NCBI GenBank assembly: GCA_964411255.1
Contig: CAYPKD010000006.1
Location: 67,097 to 131,096, forward strand
Length of the DNA stretch: 64,000 bases
Origin: an uncultured Gammaproteobacteria bacterium
Lineage (GTDB): Bacteria; Patescibacteriota; Patescibacteriia; UBA11705; DATKZF01
Direction: 5' to 3'
In this document: positions 8,599 through 16,316 of the stretch, piece after piece
How the letters are laid out: each line of letters starts with the position of its first letter
Position numbering within the stretch: position 1 is the first letter of the stretch
Made by a program: the position numbers and the translations under genes
Notes under the pieces: generated by a model
What the model was told of the DNA's origin: nothing
Databases searched by the model: none
What the model saw: only the letters and a program-made list of their open reading frames with translations

Positions 8599-9036
8599 TT
8601 ATAATGCCTTCAATTCAGACAATGCCGCATGAAAGCTCCTAATCGCTTTTTTCGCTTGCCCCTGAGACAATTTAACATGTGCCTCATGAACAATATTATT
8701 TCTCAATTTGTGAGCCCCCCATACCTGCCGAAGTTTTGGATATTTATAACAGGCCACTTTTAGGCGCTGGCCCATAGTTTCTCCTGGAAAAACTTTTCCC
8801 TTGAGAACAAAATCCAATAGTTTATCAGCATCAATAATTGCCACCCGCCACATTGCTTCACTATCTTTGTTTATTAATACTTCAATTTCCTGCCATCTTT
8901 TCTGTATTTGAGCTAAATCTAAAGTGTCATCTCTTCTTCTTTTTTTTAAAATAACCAGAAATAACCAAATCAAAAAAATAACAATTACTCCTATGAGCAA
9001 GTCATACCAAGAAGCTTCCCAAGTTATATCAAACAT
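8599..9036 (-). CDS. Small membrane-anchored protein with a possible HEPN-like R-x4-H motif.
   Basis: There is an N-terminal TM helix. The C-terminal part contains KLRNNIVHEAH, an Rx4H motif. The product is 145 aa. Confidence 0.5.
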   Translation of the reverse strand: MFDITWEASWYDLLIGVIVIFLIWLFLVILKKRRRDDTLDLAQIQKRWQEIEVLINKDSEAMWRVAIIDADKLLDFVLKGKVFPGETMGQRLKVACYKYPKLRQVWGAHKLRNNIVHEAHVKLSQGQAKKAIRSFHAALSELKAL

Positions 9037-9039
9037 ACA

Positions 9040-9167
9040 TTTCTATGTTCTTATGTTTCTATGTTCTTTTGTTTCTCTGTTTCTTTGTTTTTTTGTTTCT
9101 ATGTTTCTTTGTTTTTCTGTTTCTCTGTTTCTATGTTTCTATGTTTCTTTGTTTTTCTGTTTCTCTG
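9040..9167. repeat. Tandem 8-nt repeat (TTTCTNTG)x~16, between the gatA stop and the 8599..9036 start.
   Basis: It has the same unit as the 8511-8598 tract. The supplied ORF 8924..9283 (+) is merely a translation of this repeat. Confidence 0.8.
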
Positions 9168-10592
9168 TTAAAAGGATTGTTCAAAATGATGCGCAATCCT
9201 TAAAATATTTGCTTCATCAAAATAATTCCCGTATATTTGTAAACCCGTTGGAAATTCGCCAGGTCCGTTCATTGGCACGCTGATTGCTGGCAAACCTGCT
9301 ACATTTGCTGACACAGTAAATACATCTGCCAAATACATCTGCATTGGATCTTCTGTTTTTTCTCCAATATTAAAAGCAATAGTTGGCGCTGTAGGCATTA
9401 CAATCGCATCCACTGATTTATAAGATTTGTCAAAATCATGTTTTATCAAAGTCCGCACTTTTTGAGCTTGTTTATAATATGCATCGCTGTATCCTTCTGA
9501 CAAAATAAAAGTTCCCATCATGATTCTTCTCTTAACTTCATCACCAAAACCCTTTTGCCTTGTTTTCAAATACATGTCCTGTAAATTTTTTATTTCTTTT
9601 TCTCGCAAACCAAACTTAACTCCGTCATATCGAGCTAAATTTGATGAAACTTCTGCTGGCATCAAAATATAATAAGCTGCCAGGCTGTGTTTGGCAGTTG
9701 GCAAATCAATTTTTTTTATTTTGACATTTAACTGCTCCAATATTTTCAATGCTTTTGAAAAATCTTCTGCCACATCATGATCAAGTCCTTTTAAAAATTC
9801 TTCACCTGGAACGCCAATTTTTAATCCTTTCAATGGCTGATCAAAATTTTCGAAATAATTAAATGACTGGTCAACTGATGTTGAATCAAACCTGTCATGT
9901 CCGCTGATTAATTGCAAAAGTATGGCTGCATCTTCCACTGATTTTGCAACTGGACCAATTTGATCAAAGCTTGAAGCCATGGCCATTAATCCGTGTCGTG
10001 AAACTCTGCCATATGTTGGTTTTATTCCAACAACTCCGCAAAAAGCAGCCGGTTGGCGAATTGATCCGCCAGTATCAGAACCTAAAGCAGCAATACACTG
10101 GTCATCTGCAACTGCTGCAACGCTGCCGCCAGAAGATCCGCCTGCAACTTTCTCCAGATTAAAAGGATTTTTTACTACGCCATAAGCTGAATTCTCAGTT
10201 GAAGAACCCATCGCAAACTCATCCATGTTTGTTTTTCCTAAGAATATGACGCCTGCTTCTTTTAATTTATTAATCACGGATGCATCATAAGGCGCCCGAT
10301 AATTTTCTAAAATTTTCGAACCCGAAGTGCAATTATAATCTTCAATTAAAATATTATCTTTGATAGCCAAAGGAATGCCTTCTAACTTTTTCAAAGGTGA
10401 ATTATTTTTAATCTTATCATCAATCTCTTTTGCTTGCTCCATTGCACTTTCTTCCATCACATTAATAAAAGCATTAACCTCTGGCTGCCTTTTTTTAATC
10501 TTATCCAAACAAGCCTGTACTAATTCTGTACAAGTGAATTCTTTCTCTTGCAAACCCCGTTGAGCTGATTTTATGGTCAACTTATTTAACAT
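9168..10592 (-). CDS. gatA: Glutamyl-tRNA(Gln) amidotransferase subunit A.
   Basis: The amidase signature GGSSGGSVAAVA is present, and the N-terminus is typical of GatA. The product is 474 aa. Confidence 0.9.
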   Translation of the reverse strand: MLNKLTIKSAQRGLQEKEFTCTELVQACLDKIKKRQPEVNAFINVMEESAMEQAKEIDDKIKNNSPLKKLEGIPLAIKDNILIEDYNCTSGSKILENYRAPYDASVINKLKEAGVIFLGKTNMDEFAMGSSTENSAYGVVKNPFNLEKVAGGSSGGSVAAVADDQCIAALGSDTGGSIRQPAAFCGVVGIKPTYGRVSRHGLMAMASSFDQIGPVAKSVEDAAILLQLISGHDRFDSTSVDQSFNYFENFDQPLKGLKIGVPGEEFLKGLDHDVAEDFSKALKILEQLNVKIKKIDLPTAKHSLAAYYILMPAEVSSNLARYDGVKFGLREKEIKNLQDMYLKTRQKGFGDEVKRRIMMGTFILSEGYSDAYYKQAQKVRTLIKHDFDKSYKSVDAIVMPTAPTIAFNIGEKTEDPMQMYLADVFTVSANVAGLPAISVPMNGPGEFPTGLQIYGNYFDEANILRIAHHFEQSF

Positions 10593-10652
10593 AGAAATTA
10601 GTTGTTTAGAAATTTGAAACTGGTATTGGAAATTGGAAAATTGAAATTAGAT

Positions 10653-10985
10653 TTATTTCTTCTCATGAAAATTTTGCCAAACCCTTGATAATTTTGCCAT
10701 TTGCCTACAACTTAAATCATATAAATCAATTGCCTTTTCACAGGTATCTTTATTCACAAAATCACCGTATAAATCAATACATGCTGATAAATGATGAATC
10801 ATTTCATTGGATTCTCCAAGTGCATCATCCAAATATTTTTTCCAATTTTTCTTTTGATATCTTTTTGCAAAACCTTCTGCAATTAATGCTGGGCCTGCTT
10901 TTGAGGCTCTGCTCATTTGATTAACCAAATCATATTTTTCTTCTTGTAGAAGTGATGGAATTATTTTCTTGTGAACCAAAATCAT
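10653..10985 (-). CDS. Four-helix-bundle protein of the 23S rRNA intervening-sequence protein family.
   Basis: The stretch QMSRASKAGPALIAEGFAKR matches the family motif QLxRAAxSIxxNIAEG. The product is 110 aa. Confidence 0.7.
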   Translation of the reverse strand: MILVHKKIIPSLLQEEKYDLVNQMSRASKAGPALIAEGFAKRYQKKNWKKYLDDALGESNEMIHHLSACIDLYGDFVNKDTCEKAIDLYDLSCRQMAKLSRVWQNFHEKK

Positions 10986-11095
10986 TGCTTTATATAAATT
11001 CTGATAAGCTCTTTAATCTTTATAACTTTTAATTGGCTGATAATCACTATTTTCCATTTTCTATTACGAATTTCTATTTTCCAAACAACCATTTT

Positions 11096-11389
11096 CTATT
11101 TCTTGCCCTTCATTACCCCTGGCACCTTCACCTGTTCTCCCTCAACTTCAGGCGCTTCGCGCATAAGTTTTTTAATAGAATAAATTAAATGAACTTCATC
11201 ATCACGAACCACATTTTTTAAGCCAGTTATTTGTGAAATCTGCTCAATCTGTGTCAAATCAAGCCCTTTTATCTCTTCAAAATACTTAAAAATATCTGAA
11301 ATTTGTTCAGTATATTTAGCCTTTTCCTCTTCAGTTATGCCCAATCTGGCCAATTCAGACACTTTTTCCACTAAATCTTTATTAATCAT
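11096..11389 (-). CDS. gatC: Asp/Glu-tRNA amidotransferase subunit C.
   Basis: MINKDLVEKVSELARLGITEEEKAKYTEQ is a typical GatC N-terminus. The track start at 11422 is probably too long. Confidence 0.8.
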   Translation of the reverse strand: MINKDLVEKVSELARLGITEEEKAKYTEQISDIFKYFEEIKGLDLTQIEQISQITGLKNVVRDDEVHLIYSIKKLMREAPEVEGEQVKVPGVMKGKK

Positions 11390-11797
11390 ATATTGAATAA
11401 AATAACAAAAATCAAGCACCAAAAATCAAATAAATTACAAGTTCCAATTTTCAAATCACCAATCGAATTATTTTGAATTTTGATCATTGTTATTTGGTTC
11501 TTATTTGAAATTTGTTATTTGTATTTTGGTACTTAAATATTAATCTTAATTTAATTGAATTATATCATAAAATGTCAAAAAAAGCTCTAAATTTGATTTA
11601 ATTTTATTTTTTTCATTTTATAAAAAAAATTCAAACTGCTTAATTTAGCAAAAAATTTTCAAATCAAATTCTAATTCTTGACTTTTGAAAAAATTTATGC
11701 TAGGATATTTAATCATGCTGCGAACAGGAAATTGTTTGCTTAAAAGTAAATATTTTTTTGTTCACAACAACCAAACACACCATTTTAGGAGATACTG

Positions 11798-12304
11798 ATG
11801 AAAAATCCGAAAACTCCGTCTCAGGCACTTCGCCGAATCAAAGAAATCAAGGGTAGAATTTCCACGCTGACCATGCGCGTTCGTCAGAGCGTGTGCTGGG
11901 AAGGTGAGGATAAGCCTACCTTTGAGTTCAAGGCAGTGCTTGAGCAGCGTCAAGAGCTGGTGGCAGAGCTGGTTTCTCTGAAGACCCGTCTGATGAGAAC
12001 CAATTGCTCAGCCACACTCGAGTTCGAGGGCAGCACTCTGACCATTCAGGAAGCAGTTTTCCTGATGGCTGAGATGAAGGGAGAGCTTGAGCTCTACTCC
12101 AGTCTCAGAATCTCAGAGGGCGTGCGCAAAGAACACGCGGGGCATGATCCGAACACTGGCCGGACGATCTTCGATGATATCAAGCTTCACTCAGCAATGA
12201 GGGAGATTGAGCGACTCGAAAAGGTCGAAAAGCTCGAGGAGCGGATCAGTCAGCTCAACGACGCTGTGGAGAGCGCCAACCACCGGACCGATCTCGTTGA
12301 GTAA
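11798..12304 (+). CDS. Coiled-coil cytoplasmic protein, tentatively of the DIP1984/septicolysin-like family.
   Basis: A TAGGAGA RBS is present. The product is 168 aa. The stretch SQALRRIKEIKGRISTLTMRVRQ...LVSLKTRLMRTN is consistent with the family, but the assignment comes from memory only. G+C is visibly higher than in the flanking DNA. Confidence 0.4.
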   Translation: MKNPKTPSQALRRIKEIKGRISTLTMRVRQSVCWEGEDKPTFEFKAVLEQRQELVAELVSLKTRLMRTNCSATLEFEGSTLTIQEAVFLMAEMKGELELYSSLRISEGVRKEHAGHDPNTGRTIFDDIKLHSAMREIERLEKVEKLEERISQLNDAVESANHRTDLVE

Positions 12305-12638
12305 GGTCTAGGTTGACCATTTGGGGCTTGGCAGCATGTTTCAGATTTTCCAGAGTCAAAGCACTAATAGGCAAATCCTTTTGGATGTAGCCTAGGCTGC
12401 GACAGGGTGTGCAAAAATTTATCAATTGCCTAACTAGCAATTGAAGACTGCAATAAAATTATTTATTGCAATGACAACGACAGCGATGCTGGGCAAAGAT
12501 TATTATATCCGCCTCAGAGTTCAGGACTCAGATGGTTAGGATTTAGTAATTAGAGCTTAAAGCTGAGCTGTTAGCACTCAGATAGCACCCACTGGAATTT
12601 GACGAAACTGCTGCCTTGCTCCATCCCTTTAACATTAA

Positions 12639-12672
12639 CCCCAGTCATACATTATGGCTGGGCTGTTTTTTT
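12639..12672 (+). terminator. Intrinsic terminator after the 11798 gene.
   Basis: The hairpin ccagtcata-cat-tatggctgg is followed by gctgttttttt. Confidence 0.55.
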
Positions 12673-12921
12673 AAAAAAATTGGTTATTGGAAATTGGAAA
12701 AAGCCTTTTCACTTTTTAAATCTACCAACCGAAGCCTCTATTGCTGAGGGGTAGCTCTGCTGCCCCGCCCCTATCAGTGCGAAGGCTGGCTTATGTGTAA
12801 GAAAACACATAATATTAGGTCTTTATAAATAATAAAATAAATAGCCTTTTCTCCACACTTTTTCCCCTAACCCACTTTTTCATTATTTGTCTAAATTTAG
12901 CCTAAAAAACCTCTTTTTCCA

Positions 12922-12950
12922 TTGACTTTTACCTAAAAATATGATATAAT
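12922..12950 (+). promoter_or_regulatory. Near-consensus sigma70 promoter (TTGACT-17-TATAAT) reading into the array.
   Basis: TTGACT lies at 12922-12927, followed by a 17-nt spacer and TATAAT at 12945-12950. Confidence 0.55.
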
Positions 12951-13000
12951 ACAATATTCAAGAATGAGGGGGAGAATCTTTAAATCTTGGACCTCTCTTT

Positions 13001-13026
13001 TTGAGAGGTTTTTTTCATAGTCATTT
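13001..13026 (+). terminator. Terminator-like hairpin with a T7 run inside the leader, between the promoter and the first array gene.
   Basis: The hairpin is acctctc-ttttt-gagaggt followed by ttttttt. It lies 50-75 nt downstream of the predicted -10 and 25 nt upstream of the ATG at 13049. Confidence 0.45.
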
Positions 13027-13048
13027 AACCCAAGTGGGAGGATAAATA

Positions 13049-13528
13049 ATGCATCAAGGAAACAGCCAGAAGTCCGTATTCATTGCCCCTATCACCTTTG
13101 GCATCAGCCTGATGATTTCAGTGGTCATGCTCACCTACTATGCCAATGAGGGCTATGAACAATCGCTTCAGTCAGCGGCAGCAGCAGATGACGATCTCTA
13201 TGGTTGTCTGGACTCCAGCGACTGCGAAATCGGCGAATTCTGCTACTACGGCCAATGCATGGAGGATTACTGCCAAACTGATCTGGATTGTGAAAATGGC
13301 ATGATCTGTAACGATGCGCAATTCTGCGAGCTTGGACAGCGAGAGCCTGAATGCCTCACTGACTCTGATTGTGGAGATAACGAATTCTGTTTTGACAAAT
13401 TCTGCTCGCGCTACGGCGCTGATGAATTCACTTGTCAAGACGATTCCTACTGTTTGCCTGATGAATGGTGCTGGCACGGCATCTGCACTCCAAACGATTA
13501 CGTTCCTGACCAATCCTTCCTTCTCTAA
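13049..13528 (+). CDS. Secreted or membrane-anchored cysteine-rich protein with DxDCxxGxxC repeats.
   Basis: A GGGAGG RBS is present. An N-terminal TM or signal segment is followed by repeats such as DSSDCEIGEFC, TDLDCENGMIC, TDSDCGDNEFC and QDDSYCLPDEWC. The product is 159 aa. Confidence 0.7.
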   Translation: MHQGNSQKSVFIAPITFGISLMISVVMLTYYANEGYEQSLQSAAAADDDLYGCLDSSDCEIGEFCYYGQCMEDYCQTDLDCENGMICNDAQFCELGQREPECLTDSDCGDNEFCFDKFCSRYGADEFTCQDDSYCLPDEWCWHGICTPNDYVPDQSFLL

Positions 13529-13593
13529 CCCAACCGCGCACCTGCAGTTGGGTTCCCAGATTTGTTGATTAGAAATAATTAATAAATCTGGGA
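13528..13593 (+). repeat. Array element copy 1, the two-hairpin intergenic element.
   Basis: Hairpin 1 is ACCCAAC-cgcgcacctgca-GTTGGGT. The linker is TCCCA. Hairpin 2 is cccagattt-(20-nt AT loop)-aaatctggg. The element starts at the last A of the stop codon. Confidence 0.8.
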
Positions 13594-13630
13594 AATTTGC
13601 CAGCTTTTGAAGCGGGTATATGGAGAGAAA

Positions 13631-13981
13631 ATGAATCAAACAACAAAAAAAGTACTGACGTATCTAGCTGCATTGCTGACTTCTTGTGTGATTGGCTTAA
13701 TTGCTACATACAAGACATCTCCCTTCTTTGATGGAACAGCTCATCACTTGAGCTCTTCAGAGTTGACCATATGGCTTTCTCTGATGATCATTTCCCTACC
13801 CCTTTCTCTTTTTATCTTCGTTTGTATGATCTCCTGTATTTTGAAACATATGAATATACGTAAATTCATTGATTTCGCTACAGGAGTTTCAGCAACAGAA
13901 GATTTTGTCAAAGGGATAACATCACTTGCCAAAGCAGGGATTATGATCCTAAAAGAACACCATCAAAGAAAAACAGAGTAA
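13631..13981 (+). CDS. Small 2-TM membrane protein.
   Basis: A GGAGAG RBS is present. The track ORF starts at 13607, but the ATG at 13631 is the likely start. The product is about 116 aa. Confidence 0.55.
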   Translation: MNQTTKKVLTYLAALLTSCVIGLIATYKTSPFFDGTAHHLSSSELTIWLSLMIISLPLSLFIFVCMISCILKHMNIRKFIDFATGVSATEDFVKGITSLAKAGIMILKEHHQRKTE

Positions 13982-14028
13982 CCATATTTCTTGCGCCGGC
14001 TTTTAAAGCGGGCAATCTGGAGGGACAA

Positions 14029-14304
14029 ATGCACAAGGAAGATAAGAGAATAATTCTCCACATCTTCGGCGTAATCTGCACATGTGTTCTGGCTATTCCA
14101 TTTCCGGTATTGCTTTTCAATGGAATCTGGTTCGATGACATGCCTGCTACGCAGGCACAGATGGTTTTCAATCTAGTTATGACTTTTCTGACTACCCCTC
14201 TCGCTCTAATTTGCTATATGAAATTCCTCAAACTAATGTGGAAAGCAAGCAAAGAAGACCGACGATATCTTCACAAGCCACTCCGCACTGCATCCCAGCA
14301 GTAA
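14029..14304 (+). CDS. Small 2-TM membrane protein.
   Basis: A GGAGGG RBS is present. The gene shares the 5'-UTR motif gcttttNaagcggg-N6-tggagRg with the 13631 gene. The product is 91 aa. Confidence 0.55.
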   Translation: MHKEDKRIILHIFGVICTCVLAIPFPVLLFNGIWFDDMPATQAQMVFNLVMTFLTTPLALICYMKFLKLMWKASKEDRRYLHKPLRTASQQ

Positions 14305-14308
14305 ATTC

Positions 14309-14374
14309 ACCCAATCGCACATCTGCAATTGGGTTCCCAGATTTGTTTAGCATGAAATATTAAACAGATCTGGG
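14309..14374 (+). repeat. Array element copy 2.
   Basis: Hairpin 1 is ACCCAAT-cgcacatctgca-ATTGGGT, showing the compensatory C-to-T / G-to-A change. The linker is TCCCA. Hairpin 2 is cccagattt...agatctggg. Confidence 0.8.
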
Positions 14375-14414
14375 AATATAGTTTGAACTTTCCACATATC
14401 TTTGGAGAATTATC

Positions 14415-14630
14415 ATGAAGACAACCTCTCCCCATTGGGATGAAGTAAACGGTGTTTGCCTCAAGCATGAACTTCCCTCTATCCCTTGTCCAGCCTGTCT
14501 GGCTGGCGAAGGTGATGAGGATCTAGAGTTCGTAATCACCGAATCTGACCAGGCAGCTATGGATTGGGATCCTGATCTTCGTCCAGAAGACCTGGTCCCG
14601 GCCAACATCACCAATCCCACCATTATCTAG
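14415..14630 (+). CDS. Small acidic Cys-containing protein.
   Basis: A GGAGA RBS is present. The product is 71 aa. Confidence 0.45.
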   Translation: MKTTSPHWDEVNGVCLKHELPSIPCPACLAGEGDEDLEFVITESDQAAMDWDPDLRPEDLVPANITNPTII

Positions 14631-14658
14631 GGACATAACTAGAAAACTCCTACCTTTT

Positions 14659-14723
14659 ACCCAACCGCGCATCTGCAGTTGGGTTCCCATCTTTGTTTAA
14701 TAGAAATAATAAATAAAGACGGG
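14659..14723 (+). repeat. Array element copy 3.
   Basis: Hairpin 1 is ACCCAAC-cgcgcatctgca-GTTGGGT. The linker is TCCCA. Hairpin 2 is cccatcttt...aaagacggg. Confidence 0.8.
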
Positions 14724-14758
14724 AAGTACCTTTGGTATCTTAACGACAGGAGACTGAA

Positions 14759-15028
14759 ATGGACAGATCTGAAAAGTTGCAACTGCTCTGGATCACTTTG
14801 ATGTGTATTTTCGGAGCTCTAACAATGACTTCTCTACTTGCACTCACAATGTATGCCAGTGGAGATCTACCCAATGAACACATTGCTGCTCTTATCATTC
14901 ACTCCGTCATCGTAGGTCTGTGTGCACCAGCAACTGCTCTTCTCGGCGTCAAGGCATACCGCTACAAACGCACCTCCCAGCATCTACCTCAACCGCACTC
15001 CTGCAATATGGAAAGGTATTCGTCATGA
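14759..15028 (+). CDS. Small 2-TM membrane protein.
   Basis: An AGGAGA RBS is present. The stop overlaps the next gene's start (ATGA). The product is 89 aa. Confidence 0.55.
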   Translation: MDRSEKLQLLWITLMCIFGALTMTSLLALTMYASGDLPNEHIAALIIHSVIVGLCAPATALLGVKAYRYKRTSQHLPQPHSCNMERYSS

Positions 15029-15507
15029 TGAAATGTGAACAGTTTGAAGCACTGAATCTGAGGCTGCAGCATATCCGCGCAATCAAAGGCCGAAATGATG
15101 GCTATGTTGCCGGATTCAAGGAAGATGCGTTCGCTGCAGGCTTTTGCCTGGAGGATTTCGGCATTACTGAAGATGAGCTCAATGAGCTTGTCAAACTCGG
15201 ATTTCGGGCAGAGGCTGAAAGGCGCCTGGCTCTGACAATCTGGCCAATTCCAGAAGAAGGCATTTTCATCACCCCTCCAGAAATGGAATTTGAATTTTTC
15301 GTCCATTTCATGGAAAAGGGAGATCTGGCCTTCAAGGACTTTGGTATCACTCCTCTGCAGCTGGCTGAGCATCTGGTTCGCATTCATCAACTCTTCGATG
15401 GCTGCGTAACTGATGAAGAGAAAGAGTTGGCTCAAAGGCAGCTCTGCCAGCACGTTGAACTGGAGCCAAACTTCCTCTTCCATCAGCCAGAACCACCAGG
15501 CTACTAA
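15025..15507 (+). CDS. Cytoplasmic hypothetical protein with an internal duplication.
   Basis: The ATG at 15025 overlaps the upstream TGA stop, which suggests translational coupling. The FGIT-x-(D/L)-x-L motif occurs twice. The track start at 14920 is probably too far upstream. Confidence 0.5.
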   Translation: MMKCEQFEALNLRLQHIRAIKGRNDGYVAGFKEDAFAAGFCLEDFGITEDELNELVKLGFRAEAERRLALTIWPIPEEGIFITPPEMEFEFFVHFMEKGDLAFKDFGITPLQLAEHLVRIHQLFDGCVTDEEKELAQRQLCQHVELEPNFLFHQPEPPGY

Positions 15508-15533
15508 AACCTGCATAACTACCCTACCCTTTT

Positions 15534-15598
15534 ACCCAACCGCACTTCTGCAGTTGGGTTCCCATCTTTGTTTGTTAAAAATAATGAGCAAAGACGGG
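15534..15598 (+). repeat. Array element copy 4.
   Basis: Hairpin 1 is ACCCAAC-cgcacttctgca-GTTGGGT. The linker is TCCCA. Hairpin 2 is cccatcttt...aaagacggg. Confidence 0.8.
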
Positions 15599-15653
15599 AA
15601 TAATCCCAAATTGACAACAAGTGCCTATAAAAGGCACTCAAGGGAGACAAAGA

Positions 15654-16013
15654 ATGAATTTTACCAAAACCCTGATTCTGACAATCTCTGCAATGGCAGT
15701 TTTCAGCTGTTCCAGCCAGTCTGAAACAGCAAAGACTGACAGTGCGCAACAGAAAACTCAGACTGTCAGTGGCTGGGCAATCGAACCTGGATCGTCTGGG
15801 ATCTATTCAGCTCCAGTCAAACTGATCTGGGGAACTTACAGTGGCTATGGCAAATTCCTGGTAGAGCCAGCCAGTGACAGCTGCCACTTTGCTTCCAAAA
15901 AAGTGGGAGTGGGCAATCCCACTGGGATTGCCAGTCACAAGCAGTTTGGTCCCTATATTTTCACAGGCAGTTCAGACTGCCAGGTAAAGCTCACCAAAAT
16001 CTATCACTTGTAA
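15654..16013 (+). CDS. Lipoprotein.
   Basis: An AAGGGAGA RBS is present. The signal peptide MNFTKTLILTISAMAVFSCSS carries a lipobox. The track start at 15621 is less likely. Confidence 0.6.
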   Translation: MNFTKTLILTISAMAVFSCSSQSETAKTDSAQQKTQTVSGWAIEPGSSGIYSAPVKLIWGTYSGYGKFLVEPASDSCHFASKKVGVGNPTGIASHKQFGPYIFTGSSDCQVKLTKIYHL

Positions 16014-16038
16014 AACTGTAATAAAAAAAGGAGAACTG

Positions 16039-16197
16039 ATGAACACTGACCAGGTTCTTCGTCTGTTCGAGCTGCTGATTCTGCTGGCCATTATCATTGC
16101 GCCAGGCGGCTCGCTTCTCATTCCTGCTCAGTTGGGAGTGAGAAAATACAGGAATCATAAGCTTCAGAACAACCTTTCCCAACAACCTGCCCTTTAA
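16039..16197 (+). CDS. Small hydrophobic peptide of 52 aa. It falls below the track's size cutoff.
   Basis: A strong RBS (AAAGGAGAA) lies 5 nt upstream of the ATG. A single TM-like segment is present. Array element copy 5 begins at its stop codon. Confidence 0.4.
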   Translation: MNTDQVLRLFELLILLAIIIAPGGSLLIPAQLGVRKYRNHKLQNNLSQQPAL

Positions 16198-16263
16198 TCC
16201 AATCAGCAAACCTGCTAATTGGATTCCCAGCTTTGTTTGTTAATAATAATTAGCAAAGCTGGG
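16197..16263 (+). repeat. Array element copy 5.
   Basis: Hairpin 1 is ATCCAAT-cagcaaacctgct-AATTGGA. The linker is TTCCCA. Hairpin 2 is cccagctttg...caaagctggg, with co-varying stem positions. Confidence 0.75.
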
Positions 16264-16316
16264 AGAAGTTCAATTACAATTCAATCATTTTCCCCAAAAT
16301 GGGGAGGAGGACACCA

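Noticed and set aside
8511-9167. Possible CRISPR array suggested by the regular short repeats.
   Set aside because: The units are only 8 nt, are contiguous with no spacers, and are not palindromic repeats of 24-48 nt. This is simple tandem-repeat DNA, not CRISPR.
8924-9283. Supplied ORF 8924..9283 (+), a FLCF-repeat peptide.
   Set aside because: It is a pure translation of the TTTCTNTG tandem tract, antisense to the real genes, and has no RBS.
10620-10650. Shared 16-mer TATTGGAAATTGGAAAA at 10626-10641 and 12686-12701.
   Set aside because: With only two short AT-rich copies it is too weak to call a functional element.
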